Source of the DNA: a virus
Length of the DNA stretch: 64,000 bases
Direction: 5' to 3' (one strand)
IMG/VR virus record: IMGVR_UViG_3300010397_000047
Coordinates: 1-64,000 of that record
Shown here in pieces: positions 35,232 to 43,648 of the stretch; position 1 is the stretch's first letter, and each line of letters opens with the position of its first letter. Under the pieces are notes generated by a model, which saw only the letters and a list, made by a program, of their open reading frames with translations, had not been told where the DNA came from and made no database searches. Position numbers and translations under genes: made by a program.

Positions 35232-37504
35232 TAGACCGGCTCCTCCGTAATCCCGTGTACAATCTCCGAGTAGAGCCTTCGGAGCCTATTGCTAAGCCGC
35301 CAACGGGGCCGAGACTGAAGACCCGCCGCTAGCTGAGCCGTGAAGTATTCGGCTGCCCCGATCTGCCCTAAGAAGCGGAGCATCTTCTGCTCTTCCTCTG
35401 GCTTATGGTGAGTAAGGATTGCCATAGCCTTCGTCTCTAGCCCGGAGGCTCCCGCTTCGTAAAGGTGCTTAGCGATGTCGAGGGTTCTACCCCTAGCCGT
35501 GTCGAGAGCGGTCTTCGTAACTCTCCGCATTACCTCGTCGTCTACGACCGTTCTATTGAGGACGACGGCTAGGCACTTCGCTAGTCGGGTAAGCTGCGAA
35601 GCTAGGCGCGCGCTGAACTCTCGCTCCGCGCTCTCGTCCTGCTTGATCGACGGTCTAGCCCGCATATAGGCTACGAACTTCCCTAGCTTCGCGCATTTCA
35701 CTAAGGCTTCGGGAGGCGTATCGACCCCGGCAAGAAGCTCACGGGCATTCGACCGGAGGTACTCGATAAAGCCCCCGGTGAGCTGCATAGCGTTCACTAG
35801 GGCCGGGTCTTGCTGAGTCTCCTTCGTACCGTCCGACTCGAAGGCCATATTGGCGTCCATACGATTCACGACCCGGAGGAGAATCTCGTCCTCTAAGTCT
35901 TCGTCGATACGGTCCATAATTACGCAGTCGAGGAACCTCTCCCCTAGCTCTGAGGAGTCTAGCTTACGGAGCGAAGACGTACCGCAGATAATAACCGTAC
36001 AGTTAATCGCTTCGTGATCGGTACTCATCTGGTTCCCATACTGAGAGCGGATGTTACGACCGTAGAAGGCCCGAAGCTGAGAGAGAACCTGAGTCACGTT
36101 CGGAAGCTGAAGAAGCGTATCCCCGTCGTTAATGACGAGGGTCTTATCGCGGAGCCGTTCGACCATTGACATATTCTCCGACCCTTCCTTGTCGCTTTGA
36201 TAGCCGCTGATTAACCCGCCCGTGAGAGTATCCTTGGGATAGATATACTTCCGGTTGATCGACATCGCCTCGCATAGCGTAGACTTCCCGCAGCTAGCCG
36301 GGCCGATAACCTTAATCCAAAGCTGATCTCCTACGGCCTTCGTTGAGGTAGAGCAAGCTAGCATAACGCTAAGCGCCCTGTCTAGCCCCTCCGTCCAGCG
36401 CATTGCCTTACGCCACGCCGTCACTAGCTCCTTCCAATCGTCGCAAGGCACGCACTCCATCTCAAGTCCGCCGCTAGCGCTAGCCTTCTTCGTCCGACCG
36501 GCTACCCATTCGGGAGGGATCGGACGGACCCTCCCAAGCAGGTTGCGAAGGAGCGGTAGCCGTTCCGGGATCGACTTCCCCTCGGAGAGTAAGTCCCTTA
36601 CGTCGTAGCCGCTAGGCTTGTCCTTATCGTAGCCTCCTTCTCCCCAAGCTAGATAATGAACCTCTAACGGAGGCTCCGCCGCTCTTCCGAGGATTCCCGC
36701 TACCCGCCTCATTCCCGCCCAGCCTACTGGCTCTATCGGCTCTCCCGTCTTAGGATGAGGGCGCGGGTGATCGGAGTCGTAGAGCAGGACGACCTTACGC
36801 CCTGAGAAGAGCGGTACGAAGTTATCGTTAAATACGTTACACCCCGGCGCAGCGATAACATTCGCCCGGCTATAGAGGCTAGAGGCTTCGCTACCGGTCC
36901 TCTCTAACGGAGGGTTGTGCTGCCCGTTCGCTGAGTCAGCGGGCTTAGCGGAGCGTAGCGTCTCCCACAACGCCATAGCGTCCCAAGGGCCTTCGCATAG
37001 GTAGACGGTAGGCTTACTGTAGTCGAACTGGTGCGCGCCGAAGACTTGATGTGATAGCTCCGGGGTAGCTAAGAGGAGCTTCTTACCCGTCGATACGTCC
37101 TTCACGTAGCGGTATAGTTGATTGAGCTTCCCGTCCGGGCTAAAGCCGGGGAGTATCCAGTCCCCGTTAAGAATGGACTGGCAGACTCCCCAGTGAGCCA
37201 AGGTCATCGGGTCTGCTAGCTTACGCTCCGCCGCTAGCCCGTCTATGTTCCCGTTCGTTAGCTCGTCGGACTTGTTCCAAAGGAGCCGGAGGAAGGTATA
37301 GATGTTACCTCCCCCCTTCTCCGATCCCTCCCCGCATACGAAGCACCGCCAAAGGCCGGTCCCTATATTAACGGAGAACTTCCCGGACTTTCCGCAGAAA
37401 GGACAATCTGCGACAGCCTGAGCTTCTCCCTCCCGATACTCTAGCCTTACCCCGTGGAAGAGATAGGGCTTTAGGTTCTTCGGCGTATTCGTTACGACCG
37501 GCAT
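35231..37504 (-). CDS. bifunctional DNA primase-helicase
   Basis: Zinc ribbon CPFCGKSGKF...WRCFVCG. Toprim motifs LCEGPWDAMAL and VVLLYDSDHP. C-terminal P-loop IGPASCGKST and Walker B LVINDGD. Confidence 0.8.
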   Translation of the reverse strand: MPVVTNTPKNLKPYLFHGVRLEYREGEAQAVADCPFCGKSGKFSVNIGTGLWRCFVCGEGSEKGGGNIYTFLRLLWNKSDELTNGNIDGLAAERKLADPMTLAHWGVCQSILNGDWILPGFSPDGKLNQLYRYVKDVSTGKKLLLATPELSHQVFGAHQFDYSKPTVYLCEGPWDAMALWETLRSAKPADSANGQHNPPLERTGSEASSLYSRANVIAAPGCNVFNDNFVPLFSGRKVVLLYDSDHPRPHPKTGEPIEPVGWAGMRRVAGILGRAAEPPLEVHYLAWGEGGYDKDKPSGYDVRDLLSEGKSIPERLPLLRNLLGRVRPIPPEWVAGRTKKASASGGLEMECVPCDDWKELVTAWRKAMRWTEGLDRALSVMLACSTSTKAVGDQLWIKVIGPASCGKSTLCEAMSINRKYIYPKDTLTGGLISGYQSDKEGSENMSMVERLRDKTLVINDGDTLLQLPNVTQVLSQLRAFYGRNIRSQYGNQMSTDHEAINCTVIICGTSSLRKLDSSELGERFLDCVIMDRIDEDLEDEILLRVVNRMDANMAFESDGTKETQQDPALVNAMQLTGGFIEYLRSNARELLAGVDTPPEALVKCAKLGKFVAYMRARPSIKQDESAEREFSARLASQLTRLAKCLAVVLNRTVVDDEVMRRVTKTALDTARGRTLDIAKHLYEAGASGLETKAMAILTHHKPEEEQKMLRFLGQIGAAEYFTAQLAAGLQSRPRWRLSNRLRRLYSEIVHGITEEPV

Positions 37505-37537
37505 GGATGGAATCTCCTTTGGCTAAAAGCCGATAGT

Positions 37538-38266
37538 TTACCCTGGGAGGATAGCCGTAGGGCGACTGTGTTCCTTACAGAAGTGATGGTGCTCCTCCTT
37601 ATCGAAGGCCCGGTTAGAGTCGTGGCAGCTAACCGTAGCGGGCTTACCGCAGACTTCGCAGGACTTACCCTCGTAGGTCTCCTGCGGAGCTTCCGGTGTA
37701 GAGGAGCACTCGTCGTAGACAATCGTCCTGTGCTCTTGCGCCGCTCGGAAGATATCGGACAAGACCGACTTAGAAGCCTGCGGAGGGCCGATGCTAAAAT
37801 GAACCGTGTTCCCGATAGGGCCGAAGGTCAAGTTAGGCCGGGCCTTTAGTTCTTGGTTGTAAGCCACGGTCCTAGGTCGTAAGGCTTCTCGCTCTTCGCC
37901 CCGATCCCGGTTCTGCTCGGCTGCGAGTACGTCCGCGTACTTCTCCGGGTAGCGAACGCGGAGCTTACGGATATTCCCCGCCATAACCTCGGCTAGATCG
38001 AAGCCGAGCGTATTACAAGCCTGAGCGATATACCAGAGCAAATCCCCTAGCTCCTCCTTCACGTTGATCGTATCGAGGGACTGTCCGTAGTAGACGGCCT
38101 TTTGTAGCTGACCGGCTAGCTCCCCGGCTTCGGCGGATATCCCGATGATCGCGTGGTTTAGCCTGGTGAGGTCAATCTGATTACCGCGCGTGAAGAGACG
38201 TTGCGCGGCCTTATCCTGATCGCACTCGGTCCTCGCAACTAGCCGCTGGTAGATGTTAGCTTCCAT
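37538..38266 (-). CDS. mazG: MazG-like nucleoside triphosphate pyrophosphohydrolase with C-terminal Cys/His extension
   Basis: EAGELAGQLQK...KEELGDLLWYIAQ (MazG EExxE/D core) and RVRYPEKY. The C-terminus carries CEVCGKPATVSCHD...HHHFCKEH. Confidence 0.7.
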   Translation of the reverse strand: MEANIYQRLVARTECDQDKAAQRLFTRGNQIDLTRLNHAIIGISAEAGELAGQLQKAVYYGQSLDTINVKEELGDLLWYIAQACNTLGFDLAEVMAGNIRKLRVRYPEKYADVLAAEQNRDRGEEREALRPRTVAYNQELKARPNLTFGPIGNTVHFSIGPPQASKSVLSDIFRAAQEHRTIVYDECSSTPEAPQETYEGKSCEVCGKPATVSCHDSNRAFDKEEHHHFCKEHSRPTAILPG

Positions 38267-38841
38267 TAGTAGTTACGAACCTCCCAAAAGACTGTGTTGA
38301 AGTTAGGAAGAGTCCCCCACCGTCTTTCGTAAGCGGAGAACTCTACCACGTGATCTGGGTAAAGGTCTAGTAGCTCGTTCAGCCAGTCGTAGCTGTTAGA
38401 GCAAAGAGCCTCCCGGAGTAACGAGACCGCTAGTATACCGAAGACGGAAGCCGACTCCCTTGCTAGGGCTATTCGCATAGGCTCCTTAACCCGCGTGTAG
38501 TAGAGATAAAGCCCCCGCTCAGTTCGCATTACCTCCCCTTGGAGTAAGAGGCTTTGCTCGACGAGCGGGGGTATCTGCATAGACGTATACCAGTCTTCGA
38601 TCCTACCTCCAATCGTATTCGGCGCGTTCTTCCAATACATATAAGCCCGAAGGAACGGCTGCTTGTAGTAGGACTTCCCTCCGGCTACCGCCCCGTTACG
38701 CAGGTGAAACAAGGAGCCGTTACGCGGAGCCTCTTCCTTGAACCTCTCCGGGTCTAGCCAAGTCGGAGAGGCGTTACCGAACTCTCCGGCAGCGTACCGC
38801 TTAACGAAGTCTCTCTTCGTCCGTACAGGCTCCCTCGTCAT
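38266..38841 (-). CDS. hypothetical protein embedded in the nucleotide-metabolism module
   Basis: 191-aa ORF, translationally coupled (ATGA-type overlaps) to the ThyA-fold and MazG genes. No domain recognised. Confidence 0.35.
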   Translation of the reverse strand: MTREPVRTKRDFVKRYAAGEFGNASPTWLDPERFKEEAPRNGSLFHLRNGAVAGGKSYYKQPFLRAYMYWKNAPNTIGGRIEDWYTSMQIPPLVEQSLLLQGEVMRTERGLYLYYTRVKEPMRIALARESASVFGILAVSLLREALCSNSYDWLNELLDLYPDHVVEFSAYERRWGTLPNFNTVFWEVRNY

Positions 38842-39917
38842 TTGACTCTCCTCTCAATCCAGTTCGTAGCGGCTATCCGCCAGTCGTCCGACATAATCTT
38901 AGCGCAGACGCGAAGGGCGTTAGCGTACTCCTTCCGCTTGTAGTAATGAAACGCTACGCACATAGGCTGCGCGACGTTCCAAAGGAAGGGTTCGTTATAC
39001 TCCCCTACCATTCCGTCTCGGCTGTGCCGCTCTACGAACTCTTTAACCTCCCGGTCGAAGCGGATCGGGTCTACGACGAGCGGAACGAGCGTAGGGCAAT
39101 GATAAGCCCCGTAGCTCAAATCGTCTTCCTTCAGCCATTCCTCCGGTCGGAACCGCTCCGTGTAGACGTGGAGGTTATTCGTGAACTGGTTGTAGACCCC
39201 CGGTAAGACTCCTAAGCACGCCGCCACGTACTCTTGAAGGAAAGCGAAGTGGACGACGTTAGCCCCTAGCGCGCCCCAGATAAGATCGTTCGAGCGGTTC
39301 GTAACGGTCATATCGAGGACGTTGTAGTACGCTAACGTCGGGCCGGTCTCCTTGTCAGAGAACTTCTCCTCGACCTCCCGGAGAGAGAACATGGCACTAA
39401 GGTTACAGCACACGTCCTTCGACGTATCGACCCGGAGTAGATCGTCTTCGACGTTCCACATAGTCAGGACGGCCCTACGGCTATTCGGGTGAGTCTTGAG
39501 GTGCTTAACGATTACCTCTAGCTGATCCGTATAGTCCGGGGGAGAGACCCGCCAACGATACCCGTAGGCTCCGTTAGCGAACGGGCTATCCCCGTCCTGA
39601 ACCTGGGCAGCGTAGTTCGCCGAGTAGTAAGAGAGCGGCGCGATATCCTGCCGGCCCGCTAGCATCCAGAGGCTCTCGTACAGGTGGAAGAACGGGTTAG
39701 CGTCCCGCGCCCGATTGAACAGTACCTTCTCCTTTGGGTGTGTGTACGTGATCGTGACCGGCGCTTCGATCATTAAGACCTCTCCGACCCGGCTAGGCTT
39801 ACGGACTATCGGGTTGAGGCCCAGAAAGAAACGGTCCTTCATGTCCCTCTGACCGTCGTAGAAGAACTGGACTAGCTCTCGGAAGGCCGTGTTAACATTG
39901 CGGGTTTTTAGGTGCAT
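38838..39917 (-). CDS. thymidylate synthase (ThyA)-fold enzyme, candidate dUMP hydroxymethylase
   Basis: RARDANPFFHLYESLWMLAGRQD (R..N..F...E.lW.L.G), candidate catalytic Cys in DVCCNLSAMF, and NRSNDLIWGALGANVVHFAFL aligning to ThyA [20 protein letters not shown] with Asn retained. Confidence 0.8.
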   Translation of the reverse strand: MHLKTRNVNTAFRELVQFFYDGQRDMKDRFFLGLNPIVRKPSRVGEVLMIEAPVTITYTHPKEKVLFNRARDANPFFHLYESLWMLAGRQDIAPLSYYSANYAAQVQDGDSPFANGAYGYRWRVSPPDYTDQLEVIVKHLKTHPNSRRAVLTMWNVEDDLLRVDTSKDVCCNLSAMFSLREVEEKFSDKETGPTLAYYNVLDMTVTNRSNDLIWGALGANVVHFAFLQEYVAACLGVLPGVYNQFTNNLHVYTERFRPEEWLKEDDLSYGAYHCPTLVPLVVDPIRFDREVKEFVERHSRDGMVGEYNEPFLWNVAQPMCVAFHYYKRKEYANALRVCAKIMSDDWRIAATNWIERRVK

Positions 39918-40491
39918 AGCGTCCTCCGGTTAGAGTGTGGAATTCGAATAGGAATAGGCTCTCGGCTTCTTGCCAGCTGACCGGTCTCCAGTTTAAGTCC
40001 GCGAAGGTTCTCTCCTCGTAGAGAGTAATCGGCTGGTATTTGTCCTGCATCCTCGCGTGAGAGAACTGCTTGGACTCGTAGATACGGGTAGCTACCGCCG
40101 CTTCGTAACGAACGGCTAGCCGGTCTACCCTTTCTACCTCGGCGTGATCGGTCTCTTCGCAGCCGAACTTCCTATAGATAACCTCCTGAACGTGGGCCTC
40201 TATCTCTCGGTAGCGGGCGAACTCCGGGGACTCCTTAATCCACTTGTTCACGTCCCCTAGGTACGCTTCGCTGGCGTCGTGAAGGAGAGCCTGTAGCGCG
40301 TGCTCCCGGTCGGAGAGGAGAGACGCTACGAACGAATGATACGCTACTGATATCGGGAAGAAGGTAGCTCCGACGAATCGGTTGACGATAGCTAGGTGAT
40401 GTGCAATATCCTCGATACAAATAAGCTCCGGCTTCGGGTCGAAGGGATTCACTACCTTCCCAGTAAAGGTCGTCATAATCGGTTCTCGCAT
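39892..40491 (-). CDS. HD-domain phosphohydrolase (YfbR-like 5'-deoxynucleotidase)
   Basis: IAHHLAIVNRF ... LLHDASEAYLGD (H...HD...D). Start re-set to the ATG at 40491 (MREPIM) with GAAGGGG upstream. The track start at 40551 is a TTG lying inside the neighbouring promoter region. Confidence 0.65.
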   Translation of the reverse strand: MREPIMTTFTGKVVNPFDPKPELICIEDIAHHLAIVNRFVGATFFPISVAYHSFVASLLSDREHALQALLHDASEAYLGDVNKWIKESPEFARYREIEAHVQEVIYRKFGCEETDHAEVERVDRLAVRYEAAVATRIYESKQFSHARMQDKYQPITLYEERTFADLNWRPVSWQEAESLFLFEFHTLTGGRYAPKNPQC

Positions 40492-40519
40492 CGTAAACCC
40501 CTTCTCGCCTTGTAGATAC

Positions 40520-40536
40520 GATTTTCTCAGAAAATC
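40520..40536. promoter_or_regulatory. perfect inverted repeat GATTTTC-TCA-GAAAATC upstream of the plus-strand promoter
   Basis: 7-bp arms, 22 bp upstream of the -35 at 40559. GATTTTCTCA recurs at 59553..59562. Confidence 0.45.
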
Positions 40537-40558
40537 AGTAAATTTCCTCAAATTGGGC

Positions 40559-40587
40559 TTGACGAACTCCGAAGTAGAGCGTAGAGT
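40559..40587 (+). promoter_or_regulatory. sigma70-like promoter TTGACG-N17-TAGAGT with CCGAAG in the spacer
   Basis: TTGACG at 40559-64, 17-nt spacer aactCCGAAGtagagcg, TAGAGT at 40582-87. About 75 nt upstream of the 40663 ATG (AAAGGAG RBS). Confidence 0.5.
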
Positions 40588-40662
40588 ATAACGGACGGGT
40601 TAAGGGTAAGTAGACGTTCGATCTAACAACCCTAGCACCCGCATACCCAAAGGAGCTAGATC

Positions 40663-40992
40663 ATGACTACCGCTACCGCAACGAAGACCCCGAAGGCTAC
40701 GAAAAAGGCCGGACTCCGCAAGCCCCAGTACCGTATCCTGAAAGCCCTCTCAAAGAAGTCCCCGATGACCCGCTCTGAAATCGCTGGTAAGGCCCCGGTC
40801 GATATCGCTGCTTGCGTCGAGTACATCGGCTCCTCGGACACGGCGGTTCGGAAGGCGAACGACAAGAAGCACTTCCCCTCCCTGATCACCCTCGGTCTCG
40901 TGAAGTTCGCGAACGACGAGGACGCTACCGGAGCCTCCTACGAAATCACGGCGAAGGGCCGCACCGAAGCGAAGAACGCGCCGAAGGAGTAA
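40663..40992 (+). CDS. winged-helix DNA-binding protein with Lys/Thr/Ala-rich N-terminal tail
   Basis: TKTPKATKKAGLRKPQYRILKALSKKSPMTRSEIAGKA (MarR/ArsR-like wHTH start). The only plus-strand gene inside the leftward block, with its own promoter and terminator. Confidence 0.5.
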   Translation: MTTATATKTPKATKKAGLRKPQYRILKALSKKSPMTRSEIAGKAPVDIAACVEYIGSSDTAVRKANDKKHFPSLITLGLVKFANDEDATGASYEITAKGRTEAKNAPKE

Positions 40993-41002
40993 GCTCGGCC
41001 CT

Positions 41003-41011
41003 ATCGCCCTC
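41003..41011 (+). promoter_or_regulatory. copy of the ATCGCCCTC motif on the plus strand
   Basis: CTATCGCCCTCTCCTCTACTCACCCC lies directly after the 40992 stop and before the terminator hairpin. Confidence 0.35.
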
Positions 41012-41021
41012 TCCTCTACTC

Positions 41022-41052
41022 ACCCCGGTTAATCGCCGGGGTTTCTTCTTTT
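41022..41052 (+). terminator. rho-independent terminator
   Basis: ACCCCGG-ttaatcg-CCGGGGT followed by TTCTTCTTTT. Overlaps the last codons of the convergent gene 41029..41601. Confidence 0.6.
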
Positions 41053-41601
41053 ATAGAGAGCCGTCGAAGCGGCGTGCTGACGCCGGGAATGCTTAACGTA
41101 GTCGTAGCCTTCGATCTTGAACCCTTTCCAGTAGTCGTCTAGGTCCGCCTTCTCCAGCCCGTAGACCTTATAGTTCATATGCAGCTTTACGCAGGCTACG
41201 TCGGTGAAGACTAGATAGCGGGGCTTAACCGCTTCTACCGCTTCGTCGAGGAGCATCCGGGCTACGACCGTCGTTAGGTTGAAGTCGGCTAGGAGCAGAT
41301 CGACCGGAGGAGCGTTGTAAGGGACCATGAACGGTTCGACTCGGAGTACCGTAGCCTCTCCTCTCCAAGCCGCTACCGCCGTTAGCCGATCCGACTCGTA
41401 TCCGATTAGCGTAGCTCCGGGGAACCTCTTTAGCGCGGCCTCGGCCCAGCTACCTAGTCCGTAGCGGATATCGAGGATCGTCTTCACGTCGGCTACCGGT
41501 ATAGCTTCGATACAATCCCGCATCGCGTTCCGGTTAGCGGCTAGCCCCTTCAACCCGATAAAGCGAGCGGGGGTCTGTTGCGTAGTCTTGTCTTGCTTCA
41601 T
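41029..41601 (-). CDS. putative Rossmann-fold SAM-dependent methyltransferase
   Basis: ILDIRYGLGSWA (motif I-like), ATLIGYESD (acidic end of beta-2) and VDLLLADFN (motif IV-like). Start re-set to the ATG at 41601 (MKQDK), 6 nt after the upstream stop. Confidence 0.4.
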   Translation of the reverse strand: MKQDKTTQQTPARFIGLKGLAANRNAMRDCIEAIPVADVKTILDIRYGLGSWAEAALKRFPGATLIGYESDRLTAVAAWRGEATVLRVEPFMVPYNAPPVDLLLADFNLTTVVARMLLDEAVEAVKPRYLVFTDVACVKLHMNYKVYGLEKADLDDYWKGFKIEGYDYVKHSRRQHAASTALYKRRNPGD

Positions 41602-41606
41602 TGTTG

Positions 41607-42437
41607 TTACCCGATATTCCAGAGGAGCGCTGAGCCGTAGGTCTTCCGGCCTTCCTTCATCCACCATCGAAAGGCTTTCAAGTCGTAGTAAGGATTACAG
41701 GGCCAAGGCGGGGTAGGCCCGTCTTCGGCTACATCCTTGTACTCGTATCCCTCGTCGATTAGGGTTAGCCGGGCTTCGATCCCTGCCGCGTCCGTAATAT
41801 ACTTCCTTATCTCTCCGTGAGACCGCGAATACCCTAGGTGAATGATATAGTTAGGAGCCGTCCCTAGTCCTCGGATTACTCCGGCTGCTATCGTCCCGCT
41901 ACTAATCGGGATAAGGACCGTCTCGAAGCCTCTCTCCCCTAGGGTCGTCTCCTTCGAAGTCTCTACTACGGACTCCGCTAGCTTCAGAGCGTTAGGGATC
42001 ATAACCCCGTTCCGCGCCTCGGTTAGCTTACGAGCTGTATGATAAAGTATAGCCGATCTACCGGCTGGTAACGGGGCTAGCTCCGCCCCTAGCTCCTTCG
42101 CTCTTAGCTGAGGCTCTCTCGGACCCGGCTCGTACTTGAACTCCGGGTAGTAATTAACGCACTGCTTACCGAGTAGTTGGCAGGCCCTAGCTACGGCGTG
42201 ACCGGCTTGAGAATGTCGGGTATCGAGAACCCCGATTAGGTTCTCCGGTCGTTTCTTTACCCAGACGTAGACCCCCCGCGCCTTACTAAACGGAGGGCCG
42301 GGAGGAGGGCAAGATAGGTCTTCCCTCTTCACGTACAACCCGTACTCCGTCCGGTAATCTTGAATAGGAGTACCTTCGCGCAGCATGCCGCCCGCTACGA
42401 TCCTACTTAGGGGTTTCATTCGCTGCGTCCTCCGCAC
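41607..42437 (-). CDS. PLP-dependent fold-type II enzyme (ACC deaminase / D-cysteine desulfhydrase-like)
   Basis: TPIQDY...LYVKREDLS...FSKARG parallels TPl...l.iKRDDl..GGNKxRK (PLP lysine). Later IPISSGTIAAG corresponds to the Gly-rich phosphate loop. Confidence 0.6.
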   Translation of the reverse strand: MRRTQRMKPLSRIVAGGMLREGTPIQDYRTEYGLYVKREDLSCPPPGPPFSKARGVYVWVKKRPENLIGVLDTRHSQAGHAVARACQLLGKQCVNYYPEFKYEPGPREPQLRAKELGAELAPLPAGRSAILYHTARKLTEARNGVMIPNALKLAESVVETSKETTLGERGFETVLIPISSGTIAAGVIRGLGTAPNYIIHLGYSRSHGEIRKYITDAAGIEARLTLIDEGYEYKDVAEDGPTPPWPCNPYYDLKAFRWWMKEGRKTYGSALLWNIG

Positions 42438-42591
42438 AGTCTCGACAAAGCGGTTCGGCCTTGTTTCGGGCTGGGATGTAGTATTCCTTCCGGCACTTCC
42501 CGCAGATTACTAGCCGACTCTTCCTGTAGTTAAAGAACGGAGAAGCCGCTATCTTGTGGTACCTTCCTACCCGTCTACGTCCGTTCACCAC
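42403..42591 (-). CDS. small zinc-ribbon protein
   Basis: 62-aa ORF with CGKCRK...CRDC. Confidence 0.3.
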   Translation of the reverse strand: MVNGRRRVGRYHKIAASPFFNYRKSRLVICGKCRKEYYIPARNKAEPLCRDCAEDAANETPK

Positions 42592-43478
42592 AATCCTCCT
42601 TCCCTTCCTCCTCGGAAGAGCCGCTGAGCTAGCTTCGTCCTACCGAACCGTAGAAGCCCGGAGCGGACGGCCTTAATGTCTTCGCCTAGATGGTAATGGC
42701 CCTTCGTATAAGAGAACCACTTACATAGGATCGTCTCCGCCTCTTGCGGCCCTATTATCCGCTTGAAGTCCGGGGGAGCGCTAAGGGTGCGAAGCTCCGA
42801 GAGGATACGGGCTACAGCCCAGGTAGCCGGACGGGTTTGACCTTCCCTTATTAGCGGGGGCTTCCCTTCCTCTTCCCAGAGCATCTGCGCGCCTTCGGTC
42901 GGAGACCCTTCGTACATTGCGGTCTCTACGTCGAAGTGTATCCGGGCTAACCCTAGCCGCTCTAGCATGTCGGCCACCTTAAAGGCTATCCAGGGGCCGA
43001 AGCCTACCCAAGTCTTCACGTGTTCAACAACGTACTCGGCGGATAGGTCGTGGAACACCGTATCTCCGACCTTAGCCCCGGTTTGTTTTGCGTAGTCGTC
43101 CGATACAAACATTATTGTCGCCGGGGCTAGGCTACGGGCGAACGGACTAAAGAGTTTGCTCAACCCTTGACTCTGTAGGAACTCTACTGACTTCCTAGCG
43201 TTCTCTCCCCGGAAGTGCCGACGTTCAGAGGAGCGCGGGTAGTCCTTCGATCCTGCCGCTGTACGCATCCGATCCCAGTAGGCTAGGTCTTCGGCTTCCG
43301 CTATCCACGAAGCCGTACCGACGTGATAGAACCCCCAGTAGGCTAGGAGCCATCGCTGAAGTAGTTCCGGTTCTAGCTCCGCGTTGTAGAGGACGACGTA
43401 GACCGGGTCAAGGTCTAGGGTCTCTAGTAGCTGCCGTCCGAAGTCATAACAAGATAACAAGGCTTCATCTTCTATCAT
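42585..43478 (-). CDS. HhH-glycosylase-fold protein, candidate second aGPT-Pplase paralogue
   Basis: GFGPWIAFKVADMLERLG resembles the HhH-GPD GIGPWTA motif and aligns with GLGGFMAYEIVCDLRY of 46193..47155. Also carries ERRHFRGENARK. Confidence 0.45.
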   Translation of the reverse strand: MIEDEALLSCYDFGRQLLETLDLDPVYVVLYNAELEPELLQRWLLAYWGFYHVGTASWIAEAEDLAYWDRMRTAAGSKDYPRSSERRHFRGENARKSVEFLQSQGLSKLFSPFARSLAPATIMFVSDDYAKQTGAKVGDTVFHDLSAEYVVEHVKTWVGFGPWIAFKVADMLERLGLARIHFDVETAMYEGSPTEGAQMLWEEEGKPPLIREGQTRPATWAVARILSELRTLSAPPDFKRIIGPQEAETILCKWFSYTKGHYHLGEDIKAVRSGLLRFGRTKLAQRLFRGGREGGLW

Positions 43479-43647
43479 CAGACTCGTACCTATCTAGAGG
43501 TTTTCTAACGATCCTGACACCGCCTCCTGCTCTTCTCTCGTCCCGCAGCAAAGGTCTTTCTTCGTAGAACACTCCAATGGCTCTGAGGTAACGACCGTAG
43601 AACCGCGTGCGGGCTTTCTTGCGCGGCCTTGTATAGTCCTGGATCAT
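43465..43647 (-). CDS. hypothetical small basic protein
   Basis: 60-aa ORF bridging the radical SAM gene and the Pplase-like gene. Confidence 0.2.
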   Translation of the reverse strand: MIQDYTRPRKKARTRFYGRYLRAIGVFYEERPLLRDERRAGGGVRIVRKPLDRYESDDRR

Positions 43648-43648
43648 G

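Noticed and set aside
34161-37504. Search for a Top6B/GHKL ATPase partner next to the Topo VI-A-like gene
   Set aside because: The neighbours are a methyltransferase and a primase-helicase. No Bergerat-fold motifs were seen in any ORF of the window, so the A-like protein is treated as stand-alone.
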